Below, piece by piece: positions 1 to 11,622 of a DNA stretch of 64,000 bases. The position numbers were made by a program, and so were the translations under genes. Origin of the DNA: Candidatus Doudnabacteria bacterium. GTDB taxonomy: Bacteria > Patescibacteriota > Doudnabacteria > UBA920 > 2-01-FULL-46-14. The notes beneath the pieces were generated by a model. The model had not been told where the DNA came from. It saw nothing but the letters and a program-made list of their open reading frames with translations, and ran no database searches. Position 1 is the stretch's first letter. Each line of letters opens with the position of its first letter. The DNA lies in assembly GCA_041497195.1 (NCBI GenBank), contig JBGQGB010000001.1:73904-137903 (forward strand), read 5' to 3'.

Positions 1-1645
<1,645 letters not shown>

Positions 1646-1649
<4 letters not shown>

Positions 1650-2197
1650 AGGGTCATTATTTCCTTTTCTTTAGCCTCAGCCAGCTCTTTGATTTTTTTG
1701 TTATAATCCTCTACTGTTTCCTGCAACTTATTGTGCAACCGAAATTTGTCATCCTCGGAGATGACCTTGGCCTCTTCCTGTTTTTTGATTTCTTTCATCA
1801 AGTCTTCGCGCATGCTGCGAAGTTTTATCCGGGCTTCTTCCGCAATCCGGCCGGCTATTTTAGCGAGTTCCCGGCGGCGTTCCTCGGTCAATTCCGGAAT
1901 CGTCACCCGGATTTTGTCACCTTCGTTAGTAGGATTGAAACCCAAATCAGAATCCCTGATCGCTTTCTCCACGGGGGCGAGTGCGTTTTTGTCCCAAGGG
2001 GTGACCAGAAGCTGTCGCGGCTCGGGCACGGATATGCTTGCCAACTGCTTTACAGTCATCGCCGTATTGTAATAATTTACTTTCAAATCCTCAACCATTG
2101 CCGGGTTGGCTCGCGATGTCCGTAATTTCTGAAATTCCTTTTGTAAATTATCCAATATTTTATCAAATTCGTCTTTTTTTTCAGCAATCAGGTCCAT
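1646..2197 (-). CDS. frr: Ribosome recycling factor
   Basis: LRTSRANP, PELTEERRREL, ISEDD motifs. Confidence 0.97.
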
Positions 2198-2205
2198 AAT
2201 CTGTT

Positions 2206-3234
2206 TTATTTAAGTCCGACGTAGATGCGGTTTGGTTCTGCCGAATCAATACTGATGACGCTGATGATCTGGTTCGTGGGCAAACTGACGGTGCGCCAAG
2301 TCGCCCCGAAATCATCGCTGCGATAAACGGTTGATCGGATGGCAGCAAAAATCTGTCGTGGGTTTTGTGGATTTATAGCTACCGCTGAAACATCGTTCGC
2401 CTCAGGTGTAGCCGGCAGCAAAAGTTGGACCCAAGTTGCCCCGCTATCCGAACTCTTGAACAGCCCTTTGTCGGTGGCCACATACAAATCCCCCACTGAA
2501 TCCAAAACAAAATCGTTATACTGGCCTGGGCCTGGCTTCACAGTGAGGGGAAAATTGGTCCAGGTTCGCCCTCCGTCCAAGGTCCGACGCAATCCATCAG
2601 TTCTACCCAAAACATACAAAGTATGTCCATCAGCGGTCGTGACCAGTTTGGAAACCCGATCCTTAAAATCAACGACCGAATTCCAATTAGCGCCATAATC
2701 AATGCTCTTGAGTACGGTACCGCTCGACAACCCGACAAAAATCTCGGCTGGGTTTCGCGGATCAAAAACTACCGAGGTTGCGACAGTTTTTCCAGGCGGC
2801 TCACTGTAAATTTGCGTCCACGTCCCGCCGGAATCAGCGCTTTTAAGAAGCACTGACTGACCGCCTCGGGCGCCCGCGGCAAAAATTTCTTTGTTATTAT
2901 CGGGGTTCAAAAATGCGTCGTAACCGGCAAAATTCGGCAAAAGGGCAAACCAAGTGCCAGCGCCATCGTTGCTGGCGTACACGCCGCTGTTTGCGGCCAC
3001 GGCCAAGAGATTTTTGGAATTGGTTCTATCCAGGACTATGCGGAGCACCTGAGCACCCGCCAAATTACTGGTTTTGTTGATCTTATTTGCTTCCTGCCAC
3101 GTCTGGCCGCCGTCTGTGCTCAAAAACACGCCCTTGCTGCCGCTGCCCTGGTTGCCACTGAGATCACCAAACAAAAAATTGCAGGCTTGGGCCGTCAAAA
3201 GTATCGGCAAGAGGACTAGCAAAACTTTTTTCAT
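2206..3234 (-). CDS. BNR/Asp-box beta-propeller lipoprotein (Ycf48/sialidase-like)
   Basis: Lipobox-like LTAQAC; repeated SxDGGxTW Asp-boxes. Confidence 0.8.
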   Translation of the reverse strand: MKKVLLVLLPILLTAQACNFLFGDLSGNQGSGSKGVFLSTDGGQTWQEANKINKTSNLAGAQVLRIVLDRTNSKNLLAVAANSGVYASNDGAGTWFALLPNFAGYDAFLNPDNNKEIFAAGARGGQSVLLKSADSGGTWTQIYSEPPGKTVATSVVFDPRNPAEIFVGLSSGTVLKSIDYGANWNSVVDFKDRVSKLVTTADGHTLYVLGRTDGLRRTLDGGRTWTNFPLTVKPGPGQYNDFVLDSVGDLYVATDKGLFKSSDSGATWVQLLLPATPEANDVSAVAINPQNPRQIFAAIRSTVYRSDDFGATWRTVSLPTNQIISVISIDSAEPNRIYVGLK

Positions 3235-3251
3235 TGTCTTTGTATTTAAAA

Positions 3252-4067
3252 TTATGGCAAGAATAGATCGTCCAAAAGCAATTTGGTATTTAGATTGTAA
3301 GAAAGGCCACGAAACGCGGCTAGCAGCTTTTCTCCAAGCCCGCTACCGGCTGGCTCGGCGACTGCAGCCTGCATCGCGATTTTTAAAAAATCGGCAATTT
3401 GTTCGGTTTCCCACGAAGACAGCGTTTGTGCGGTCAACAGACGTCTATGGATAGAACCAGTCCGCAAAATCCCAGCGTACTCTCGAGATAGTTTGTAAAA
3501 GTCCAGAAGCTGCGGATCTTTTTTGAGTCTCTGAGCGAGCCCGATTTTTCCGGCTGCCAGCTCCACTATATTTTTCGATTGTTCAACATCTAGTTCAGTA
3601 TCTTTGATACTTCGCTTGACTTCCTCATCAGCAGCCGCCCCAAAATTTATCCGCCGGACACGAGAAGCGACGGTCGGCAAGAGGCTGTGAAAATTGACAG
3701 AGGTGAGAAATAAAACCGAATGCGCGGGCGGCTCTTCCAAGGTTTTCAAAAGCGCATTCCCGGCTGCTGGTTTCATCCTTTCAGCGTTGGCCACGATCAC
3801 GACCTTATGCCTGCCGATAGGAGTCAGGCTCAAGCGGGCTTGTAATTGGCGGGCTTGCTCGATATCCAAACCTTCCGGCGAGTCAAACAAAAACACATCC
3901 AATATCGGATCCGCTCCTAGATAATCTGCGGCTGCCGAAGCAAACGTCGTCTTACCTATATGCTCGGGCCCTATCAAAGCATAAGCGTGGCCCAATTTAC
4001 CGTTATTGACGGCCTGCTCGAATATTTTTTTTTGTTTGTCGTGGCCGACAACGCTCGAAAAAACCAT
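3252..4067 (-). CDS. holB: DNA polymerase III delta-prime subunit
   Basis: HAYALIGPEHIGKT, NALLKTLEEPP, LLPTVASR; start moved to MVFSSVVGH at 4067. Confidence 0.88.
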   Translation of the reverse strand: MVFSSVVGHDKQKKIFEQAVNNGKLGHAYALIGPEHIGKTTFASAAADYLGADPILDVFLFDSPEGLDIEQARQLQARLSLTPIGRHKVVIVANAERMKPAAGNALLKTLEEPPAHSVLFLTSVNFHSLLPTVASRVRRINFGAAADEEVKRSIKDTELDVEQSKNIVELAAGKIGLAQRLKKDPQLLDFYKLSREYAGILRTGSIHRRLLTAQTLSSWETEQIADFLKIAMQAAVAEPAGSGLGEKLLAAFRGLSYNLNTKLLLDDLFLP

Positions 4068-4087
4068 ACTCAATATTATACCATAAA

Positions 4088-4879
4088 TCAGGTTGGGTGG
4101 ATAAACCACCCGCGTGCTTTAGCGTTGCGAAATCCTCTGACAAATAACCACAACCCAACACACAAATAAACCACATTCAAAAGAAAAATCGTTACCAAAT
4201 CTGCTGGGCTTGAAGGGCGCCCAAACACGATAATCGCCCGTAAACCCTCAAAAATATGGCTGATTGGCAAAAATTCCGCAATTCTTGCCAAAAAAGGTGG
4301 CAGAGTAGATAGTGGATAAAACACCCCGCTAATCGGATAAATAATGAGTATGAGCGACCAGGCGACTGCTTGGGCTTTTGTTCCAAAACGGAAAATCAAA
4401 GATGCGGTGAAATAGCCAAACGCCCAGCTAAACAAAAATATATTGAATATGTAAAAAAAGATTACAGTACCCACCTGGAAAATGCTGAAATGGAACACTC
4501 CCCAAGCGATGGCGAGAATAATCGCAATGATGACGCAAGCTTTAATCACGGAAATGAATAAGGACCCGAGGATGATCTCCGCGAGACGAAGCGGAGTAGA
4601 ATACAAATTGTACAAATTCCTACTCCACGCGTCGTCCAACACCGAAAAAGACATGTCCCGCTGAATATTATAAATCATCGTCCATAAAATGATTGCTCCA
4701 AGGATCGCGCCCGCGACGCCCGCCTGAACGTTCAGCTTGTTTATGTACACGGTCAAAAAACCGAACGTCAAAATATCAATCACCGGAAAAAAGAAAATAT
4801 CGGCCTTGCGGTCGAGACTCGCCCTGATTTCGTACAAATGCCGGAGCATATAAGCTCTGATGCGATGAAATTCGATCAT
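4088..4879 (-). CDS. ABC-2 type transporter permease
   Basis: About six TM segments, SGVFYPLSTLP motif, overlaps the ATPase gene. Confidence 0.85.
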   Translation of the reverse strand: MIEFHRIRAYMLRHLYEIRASLDRKADIFFFPVIDILTFGFLTVYINKLNVQAGVAGAILGAIILWTMIYNIQRDMSFSVLDDAWSRNLYNLYSTPLRLAEIILGSLFISVIKACVIIAIILAIAWGVFHFSIFQVGTVIFFYIFNIFLFSWAFGYFTASLIFRFGTKAQAVAWSLILIIYPISGVFYPLSTLPPFLARIAEFLPISHIFEGLRAIIVFGRPSSPADLVTIFLLNVVYLCVGLWLFVRGFRNAKARGWFIHPT

Positions 4880-5625
4880 TCTTCCACTTCTCCCCTGGCC
4901 AATTTAATAAAAACCTCTTCCATACTGGGCACGCGCAGAAACTTTTGTAAATTTTCTGGGCTGTCAATGCGATAAATCTGACCTTTGTCCAATAGGGCGA
5001 CTCGGTTGCACATCTGCTCGACCTCAGGCATGTTGTGCGAAGTCATCAAAATTGTCATTTGTCGTCTCTTCTGCAAATCGCGCAGGGTTTCGCGGACGAT
5101 TGCGGCAATAGATGGATCGAGGCTGGCGGTCGGTTCGTCCAAGAGCAGCAGCTCCGGATCGTTAATCAAGCTTTTGCAGAGATTGACTCTGGTCTTTTGA
5201 CCCGCGGAAAGTTCATCAAATCTTTCATTCCGCAAATGACTGATATCGAACTGCTCCAGTAGTTGTTCGATCTTTTTCTCATAATCAGCGACGCCGTACA
5301 TTAGCCCAAATATTTTCAAATTTTGATAGACGCTAAGGTTACTAGCCAAATCAGCGTAAGCAGTCGCGATATTCATCCGCGCTTTGATTTCTGATTCGTG
5401 AGCAAAAAAATTCTGCCCGAAAATTTTCACTTCCCCAGAGGTTGCCGTCAGTAGACCCATCAAAATATTGAGGGTGGTCGACTTGCCCGCTCCATTAACG
5501 CCCAAAATTCCGAAGATCTCCCCTTTCGCAACGGCAAAACTGATCCCCCGGAGCGCGACCACGGGATTTTTCTTCGCACTATAGACTTTCTCCAAATTTT
5601 TTACTTCGAGGATTGTTTCAGCCAT
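4876..5625 (-). CDS. ABC transporter ATP-binding protein
   Basis: GVNGAGKST, LSAGQ, LLLDEPT, SHNM; start at MAETI (5625). Confidence 0.92.
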   Translation of the reverse strand: MAETILEVKNLEKVYSAKKNPVVALRGISFAVAKGEIFGILGVNGAGKSTTLNILMGLLTATSGEVKIFGQNFFAHESEIKARMNIATAYADLASNLSVYQNLKIFGLMYGVADYEKKIEQLLEQFDISHLRNERFDELSAGQKTRVNLCKSLINDPELLLLDEPTASLDPSIAAIVRETLRDLQKRRQMTILMTSHNMPEVEQMCNRVALLDKGQIYRIDSPENLQKFLRVPSMEEVFIKLARGEVEE

Positions 5626-6322
5626 AAAGACGAAAATATTCGTACTTGAGCCACTCTTTGCCCAATTTTCCCGGCAGGCTATCAAAAATAGCACCTTCAT
5701 CCAATTGGGAGACGTGAAACCGGATCGTTTTTGCTTTAGTTGTGGAATTTATTTTAATTTTGAGATTTGGTTGCGCGTGGCGAATTTTATCCAGGGCGAT
5801 ATATTTCCCATATTTCCGGCGTTCACCCAAAAAACCTGGTGCTTTGGCCGCAATTTCCGGCGGGACGCAAAAACAACAAAATGGCACTTTTAATTTTTTC
5901 GCTACTTGGGCCGCAACCAAGCTGACAGCGATGTGATCCAAATGCCCCGAAATACCGTCTTTGTCAAAACTAAAAATGACGTCAGGACGATAGTTCCTGG
6001 CTATGCGTAGCAATTTCCCGAATAACTGCGCCTTGAACTTGTTTACCGACCCATCAGGCAAGCCAAGCAAATGCAGTTTTTTTACGTGTAGAAATTTAGC
6101 CGCTCTCTCAAGCTCTTTCCGCCGCAATGCCTTGACCTGCCGGACTGACAAGGGTCGCAGCAAATGTGAAGTCCCCCGCTCGCCCAAAGTGGCGCAGACT
6201 ATTACCGAGCTCCCGCCTGCCAAATAATTTTTGTACACTGTCCCCGCTGCGGCAAAACTTTCATCGTCCGGATGAGCAGTCAGAAACAAAAACTTTTTGC
6301 CGAAAATACTTTGTGCGTTCAT
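5618..6322 (-). CDS. PIG-L family deacetylase
   Basis: AHPDDE, TLGERG, GHLDH, HVSQ motifs. Confidence 0.88.
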   Translation of the reverse strand: MNAQSIFGKKFLFLTAHPDDESFAAAGTVYKNYLAGGSSVIVCATLGERGTSHLLRPLSVRQVKALRRKELERAAKFLHVKKLHLLGLPDGSVNKFKAQLFGKLLRIARNYRPDVIFSFDKDGISGHLDHIAVSLVAAQVAKKLKVPFCCFCVPPEIAAKAPGFLGERRKYGKYIALDKIRHAQPNLKIKINSTTKAKTIRFHVSQLDEGAIFDSLPGKLGKEWLKYEYFRLYG

Positions 6323-6325
6323 ATC

Positions 6326-7468
6326 TTAGGAGTTCAAAATGACATCTACCGTTTTCTTGGCAGTCTCGCTCCAATCAAACCTTCTGATATTCTCAAATCC
6401 CGCCTCTATTTTTTCTTTGCGGATCGCCTCATCGCTCCAAAGACTTTTGATAGCTTTGCTAATTTCCCACTCAGACCCTGGATCAACTATCAAAGAGCCG
6501 CGTCCTGCTATCTCTGGATTGCTTGCCGTATTGGACGTGATGACAGTGGTACCGCATGCCTGGGCTTCAATAATCGGTAAACCGAAACCTTCATAAAACG
6601 TCGGAAACAAAAAAATTCTTGCTCCAGAATATAGTGCTGCTTTGTCCAATTCTGGCACATATCCCAAAAATTTGATTCGGCTTTTCAAGTCTGGCTTGTC
6701 GGTCAAATATTGCTCCACATCAGAAATGCGCACTATGCGGCCAGCTAGAACGAGCGGTTGTTGAATCTGCGACTGCTCATAACCTTTTATAATTCCCAAA
6801 ATATTTTTCTTTGGCTCCAATCGCCCCACGAACAAAAGGTATTCTCTTGCCAGTAGACCATATTTTACCAAAGCCGAGGTTAACTCTTGGCTATCTGAAA
6901 CCTTGAATCTATTCTTATCAAACCCCAAATGAGTGACGGTAATCCTATCTTCCGGATAACCAAAAACTTCTGCGATGCGTTTTTTACTAAATTCGGACAC
7001 TGTAAACATATGAGCAGCGCTACGAGCTGCCAGCTTGGCCGCAAAATGGTGATACCACCGCGATAGACTATCATACAGCTCTGGATAATCTTCAAACCCG
7101 ATATCATGTAGGGTCGTCAGGGTTTTTTGCGGGTGGATCAAGGGAATCGTATGAGCCGGGCAGAACAAAACGTCCGGCGGGTGCAAAAGCATTTCCCAGG
7201 AAAGCCGCAGTTGCCCCCAAAAATACCGAAGCGGCCACCGCAAAATCTTTACTTCCCAGCCCGAGGCTGGTCCGCCTTGGGCGGAGAAATTTTTCGGCAG
7301 ACCCTCTGCCAAATCCTTTTCAAGGGGACCGCGCACGTATAAACGGACTTGAACGTCTTTTCGACCGGCCAATAGTTTCTTGAATTCTTGAATCAAATTG
7401 AAAGCATACCACTCTGTCCCGCTTCTGACCTTCCGATTCGCCTGAGATGCATCAATACCTAAGATCAT
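6326..7468 (-). CDS. GT4 glycosyltransferase carrying a 10-aa palindrome-derived insertion
   Basis: VGRLEPKKN, EGFGLPIIEA; SAQGGPASGW insertion. Confidence 0.9.
   Translation of the reverse strand: MILGIDASQANRKVRSGTEWYAFNLIQEFKKLLAGRKDVQVRLYVRGPLEKDLAEGLPKNFSAQGGPASGWEVKILRWPLRYFWGQLRLSWEMLLHPPDVLFCPAHTIPLIHPQKTLTTLHDIGFEDYPELYDSLSRWYHHFAAKLAARSAAHMFTVSEFSKKRIAEVFGYPEDRITVTHLGFDKNRFKVSDSQELTSALVKYGLLAREYLLFVGRLEPKKNILGIIKGYEQSQIQQPLVLAGRIVRISDVEQYLTDKPDLKSRIKFLGYVPELDKAALYSGARIFLFPTFYEGFGLPIIEAQACGTTVITSNTASNPEIAGRGSLIVDPGSEWEISKAIKSLWSDEAIRKEKIEAGFENIRRFDWSETAKKTVDVILNS
7256..7285. repeat. 30-nt double-hairpin element inserted in-frame
   Basis: ccagcc-cga-ggctgg followed by tccgcc-ttg-ggcgga. 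Confidence 0.75.
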
Positions 7469-7525
7469 AGTGACAAAAATAGTTGCGATGCTGCTTTAGA
7501 TTTAACCACTACCGATCCGACTCTC

Positions 7526-7562
7526 ACCCCGTAGTTATGCCAGAGGCATATACTACCGGGGT
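7526..7562. repeat. Intergenic imperfect palindrome (REP-like)
   Basis: accccg-tagt-tatgcc-aga-ggcata-t-acta-c-cggggt. Confidence 0.55.
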
Positions 7563-7604
7563 CAATGTCTAATACCATATAATCAATTATACTTATTTCT
7601 ACAT

Positions 7605-7641
7605 AAATAAAGAAGGTGCATCCGGTCAATCTGAATGCACC
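7605..7641 (-). terminator. Probable intrinsic terminator after mreB and the small ZAS ORF
   Basis: ggtgcat/atgcacc stem followed by a U-rich tract on the minus strand. Confidence 0.55.
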
Positions 7642-7669
7642 CTCAAAAAATCCCGCTTTGGTTCACAGC

Positions 7670-7876
7670 TCATTTGAGCTCGTCGTCAGGGTCCCAGGAT
7701 GGCGACTGCTTCATTGCCATCGTCTGCATCACAGCGCAAACTTGCCTACAGTCTGCGCAAGCCTCGAGATGAGCACTGAGTTCTTTCTCAATCACTGGAT
7801 CAAGTGACCGATCGCGTTGCGATGAAACGAGCAAGTCAGCGTGGGCCTTTCTTGCTTCTCCACAATTCATATCCAT
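7670..7876 (-). CDS. 68-aa zf-HC2 (zinc anti-sigma-like) protein
   Basis: AGGAGG next to tandem ATGs (7876 or 7870); MDMNCGEAR...HLEACADC (HxxxCxxC). Confidence 0.7.
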   Translation of the reverse strand: MDMNCGEARKAHADLLVSSQRDRSLDPVIEKELSAHLEACADCRQVCAVMQTMAMKQSPSWDPDDELK

Positions 7877-7905
7877 CCTCCTTTTGGAAATCGATGCTTC
7901 TCTTC

Positions 7906-8919
7906 CTACTTCGCGGCCAGGATACTTCTCTTGTAAGCTTCTAAGTTCTCCAGCGCCACTCCGGTGCCTTTCGCCACGCATAGTTCAGGCTGATCAGCCA
8001 CATAGCACGGCACGCCAGTGGCTTGCGCGAGGAGCCGGTCAATGTTACGCAAATTCGCGCCCCCGCCCGTAAGCACCATGCCTTTATCGATGACATCAGA
8101 GCTTAATTCGGGAGGGGTTTCCTGCAGCACTGAGCGGACCGCTTGAACGATCTCCCGCAACGGTTCCTGAATCGCCTCCACCACTTCATTGGTTTTTACT
8201 CGAATGGTTTTCGGCAAACCCTGCACTAGATCCCGCCCGCGGATTTCCATTTCCATCTCATCCTCCAAGGGCAGCGCTGACCCAACCTCTATCTTGATCT
8301 CCTCGGCCGAACGATCGCCGATGGCGAGCCCGTGTTTCTTGCGAATGTAGTCCGCGATGGCAGCGTCCATTTTGTTGCCTGCTACGCGCACAGAAGTGGA
8401 CGTGACAATGCCGCCTAGGGACAAAACTGCAATATCAGTGGTGCCACCCCCAATATCGATGACTAGATTGCCGGACGGAGTGCTGATGTCAATGCCAGCT
8501 CCAATCGCCGCGGCCACAGTCTCCTTGATCACATACGCAGCCTTGGCGCCCACGCCCTGGGCCGCGTCTACCACGGCTCGTTTCTCCGTGGAAGTGATTC
8601 CCCCCGGCACTGAAATCAAGACCTCTGGCCGCAAAAACCAAATATTGCCTATCGCTTTGGTGATGAAATATTTCAGCATGGCTTCGGTCACCCGATAATC
8701 CGCGATCACCCCGTCCTTCATGGGGCGATGTGCCACGATTGTTTCCGGGGTCCGGCCGAGCATTTCCTTGGCCTCAGCACCCACAGCCAAGACTTTGTTG
8801 TCCTCGACGCTGATGGCGACCACAGTCGGCTCGTTGATGACTATCCCTTTGCCCGGCACGAATACCAGGGTATTGGCAGTCCCCAAATCAATTCCAACTT
8901 TTTTTACAAACCACGGCAT
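7906..8919 (-). CDS. mreB: Rod shape-determining protein MreB
   Basis: [32 protein letters not shown]. Confidence 0.97.
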   Translation of the reverse strand: MPWFVKKVGIDLGTANTLVFVPGKGIVINEPTVVAISVEDNKVLAVGAEAKEMLGRTPETIVAHRPMKDGVIADYRVTEAMLKYFITKAIGNIWFLRPEVLISVPGGITSTEKRAVVDAAQGVGAKAAYVIKETVAAAIGAGIDISTPSGNLVIDIGGGTTDIAVLSLGGIVTSTSVRVAGNKMDAAIADYIRKKHGLAIGDRSAEEIKIEVGSALPLEDEMEMEIRGRDLVQGLPKTIRVKTNEVVEAIQEPLREIVQAVRSVLQETPPELSSDVIDKGMVLTGGGANLRNIDRLLAQATGVPCYVADQPELCVAKGTGVALENLEAYKRSILAAK

Positions 8920-8973
8920 TTCGTATTTGTTCCAAATCTTGCCGCTTTCGCAAAAGCAAGATATTAATTTAGA

Positions 8974-10230
8974 TTATTCGACTCTTTGAATATTCGCGCC
9001 CAAGCTTCTGAACCGTTCATCCAAGCGCTCATAACCTCGATCAATTATCTCTGCATTATAGAGAATCGTCCGGCCCTTGGCAACCAGCGCCGCAATCAAA
9101 ATTGACGCACCGGCGCGGATATCCGGCGTCATGATTTCAGCGCCACGCAGCTCCGTGGGACCGAAAATTCGGGCGCGGTGCACATCCTCAAATTCCACCT
9201 TGGCGCCCATATCACAAAGCGCTTTCAAATAACCCTGGCGCCCCTCGTATATCCAGTCATGAATGCTCGTCTCCCCTGAGCTTTGAGTCGCGAGTACTCC
9301 CAAGAGCGGCTGTTCATCAGTCAGTAACTGAGGAAAAACTCCGGTAATGATTCTGGTGGCCTGGTAGGACCCGGCGGGAGGAAAAATTTTTATCTCGCTG
9401 CTTTCTGCGGTAAAATTGACTCCCATTTTTTCCAGGGCATTGAGCGGCGCATCCAAATTTTTCAAATCCACACCAGTAATTGTCGCCTCACCTCTAGTTA
9501 CTGCCGTCGCTACGCAAAAAGTGACTGCATCGATTTCGTCCGCGCACAGGGTGAAATTTGTCCCCACCAGCCTTTCCACTCCGGTAATGCGCAGCGTTGT
9601 CGTCCCCAACCCTTCAATCTTGGCGCCCATCTGTATGAGCGCACGGCAGAGGTCAAGGACGTGAGGTTCTGTGGCGGCCAGTCTTATTTCCGTCACACCG
9701 CGGGCCTTGATACTCGCCAAAACCAGATTTTCCGTCCCGGTCACCGAGGTTACCCCGAGCACAATTTTGGTGCCAGTCAAACTTGCAGCGCTGATTTCAA
9801 TCCCGCCTGCTTGCTCCACAACCTGGGCACCGAGCTTGCGGAATCCGTCGAGATGGACGTCGATCGGCCGTGCCCCGATGGCGTCCCCGCCGGGGAAAGG
9901 GAGACTGACCTCGCCGAACCTGGCCAAAAGAGGACCGGCAAACAAAATCGAGCCGCGCATGTTGCCGACCAAGCTTGTCGAAAGTTTTTGATTCTTCAAA
10001 TCGCGGGTGTCGATGTCAATACAGTGGTTGGCAAATTTTACTTCAGCCCCCATAACTTCCAAAACATGCAAAAAGTTGCGCACGTCACTGATGTCCGGAA
10101 CGTTCTGAATGCGGGACGGGCCCTCTGCCAGAATAGTAGCCGCGATGACTGGAAAAGCGGCGTTTTTGGAACCCTGAATCCGGACGGAACCCTGGAGCCT
10201 ATTTCCGCCTTCAATTACAAATTTGCTCAT
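8974..10230 (-). CDS. murA: UDP-N-acetylglucosamine 1-carboxyvinyltransferase
   Basis: GSKNAA, PGGDAIGARP, SVTGTEN, DIRAGA, IDRGYE; start at 10230. Confidence 0.95.
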   Translation of the reverse strand: MSKFVIEGGNRLQGSVRIQGSKNAAFPVIAATILAEGPSRIQNVPDISDVRNFLHVLEVMGAEVKFANHCIDIDTRDLKNQKLSTSLVGNMRGSILFAGPLLARFGEVSLPFPGGDAIGARPIDVHLDGFRKLGAQVVEQAGGIEISAASLTGTKIVLGVTSVTGTENLVLASIKARGVTEIRLAATEPHVLDLCRALIQMGAKIEGLGTTTLRITGVERLVGTNFTLCADEIDAVTFCVATAVTRGEATITGVDLKNLDAPLNALEKMGVNFTAESSEIKIFPPAGSYQATRIITGVFPQLLTDEQPLLGVLATQSSGETSIHDWIYEGRQGYLKALCDMGAKVEFEDVHRARIFGPTELRGAEIMTPDIRAGASILIAALVAKGRTILYNAEIIDRGYERLDERFRSLGANIQRVE

Positions 10231-10313
10231 TTCTTCGGGATTAGTTTTGCAAACCATCAAAATCCACAAACTATGCAAATTATAGCATTTTCTGGTAAAC
10301 TTATGGAGCAGCT

Positions 10314-11618
10314 ATGACAGTCAAAAAACGCGCCGCACTCATCATCTGCGGCATTATTATTTTCTCGCTGGCCGCCCCTGCAGCCATTTTTTTTGCAAGA
10401 GGCTACTATTTTGATTTTAGTACCCGCCGCATCGTTCAGACCGGCACACTTGCTGTCAAGACCGATCCGCGCGGAGCATCCGTTTCGCTCAACGGGGCAA
10501 AGCTCAAAGATGCGACACCCATCGCAGTACGTTTCTTGACACCCGGGGAATATGAACTCACTATCCAAAAACAGGGTTACCAATCCTGGAAAAAAACCGT
10601 AAATATCCGCGGCCGGTTCGTGACCTACGTGCCATCCGGAGACCGCGGAAAAATTTTTCTGCTTACAGACGCGCCTCAAGCGGCAACACTAGCCACGAAC
10701 ACTCGCGAAGTCCTGATGAAGGATGGCGGTGTTTTCGCTCTGGCCGAAAATAAAATTTACGAATATGACCCGGCAAACGGCTCGCACACGCTTTTAACCG
10801 CGACCTCAACTCTGGCGACGGCGCAAAATCTATTCGATGAAAAACCAGACCAGTCTGGCTCACCAACCTTTTTGATTGGAGACAAGGACCACCTAGAATA
10901 TCTCGATTCGACGAAAATTTTGGATCTTTCAGCCAATTTTAGCAAAGCCCAGTTTTGGGTAGGCAATAGTGTCCTCATTCTCACGGGAAAAAAACAACTC
11001 GAGCAATTTGACCTGGCAACCGGGCAAACCCAAATAATCGGACAAAACGTTTTGGATTTCACAGTGCAAGTTGATAGTCTTGGTTATCTGGCGCGCTCAG
11101 CGCAAAACTCAAACAATGTCGAACTGCTCCAACTCTCCTCCAATGGCCAGACAAAAACCGTGATTGCCAATTTGCCCCATTTCTCGCAAAGCCAGATTAT
11201 CAGGGCTCCAACCGGACAATTATTTCTCCTTCTGGATAAAGATTTGTACCAAGTCGGCGACAATTTGAACAAGATTAACAGCCAGGTCACGTACGTCAGG
11301 TGGGACAGCGAACTGCCTGGGCTAGTCTACGGCAATTTCCACGAAGCGTGGATCTACTCCACAGATAAAATCGAAAATCAACTCGTCACTCGAAGTTCAG
11401 AAAATTTGGGCCCTGCTTGGTACACCAAAAAAACCGGCTACGTCTTTGTCGTCGTCGGGCAAACCCTGGATGCGATCGAAGTCGACCCCGCAGGACAGTC
11501 AAACGTTTACCCACTGGCAAAAGTCCAAAACTCTGATACGCAATTCAGTGTCAGTTCAGCCGGTGATACTATAATCTACCTTGATGGTGTGAATCTAAAA
11601 AGTTTAAAAATCCGATAA
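10314..11618 (+). CDS. PEGA-domain membrane-anchored protein
   Basis: N-terminal TM, TDPRGASVSLNG...PGEYELTIQKQGYQSW PEGA signature, beta-rich C-terminus. Confidence 0.8.
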   Translation: MTVKKRAALIICGIIIFSLAAPAAIFFARGYYFDFSTRRIVQTGTLAVKTDPRGASVSLNGAKLKDATPIAVRFLTPGEYELTIQKQGYQSWKKTVNIRGRFVTYVPSGDRGKIFLLTDAPQAATLATNTREVLMKDGGVFALAENKIYEYDPANGSHTLLTATSTLATAQNLFDEKPDQSGSPTFLIGDKDHLEYLDSTKILDLSANFSKAQFWVGNSVLILTGKKQLEQFDLATGQTQIIGQNVLDFTVQVDSLGYLARSAQNSNNVELLQLSSNGQTKTVIANLPHFSQSQIIRAPTGQLFLLLDKDLYQVGDNLNKINSQVTYVRWDSELPGLVYGNFHEAWIYSTDKIENQLVTRSSENLGPAWYTKKTGYVFVVVGQTLDAIEVDPAGQSNVYPLAKVQNSDTQFSVSSAGDTIIYLDGVNLKSLKIR

Positions 11619-11622
11619 TACC

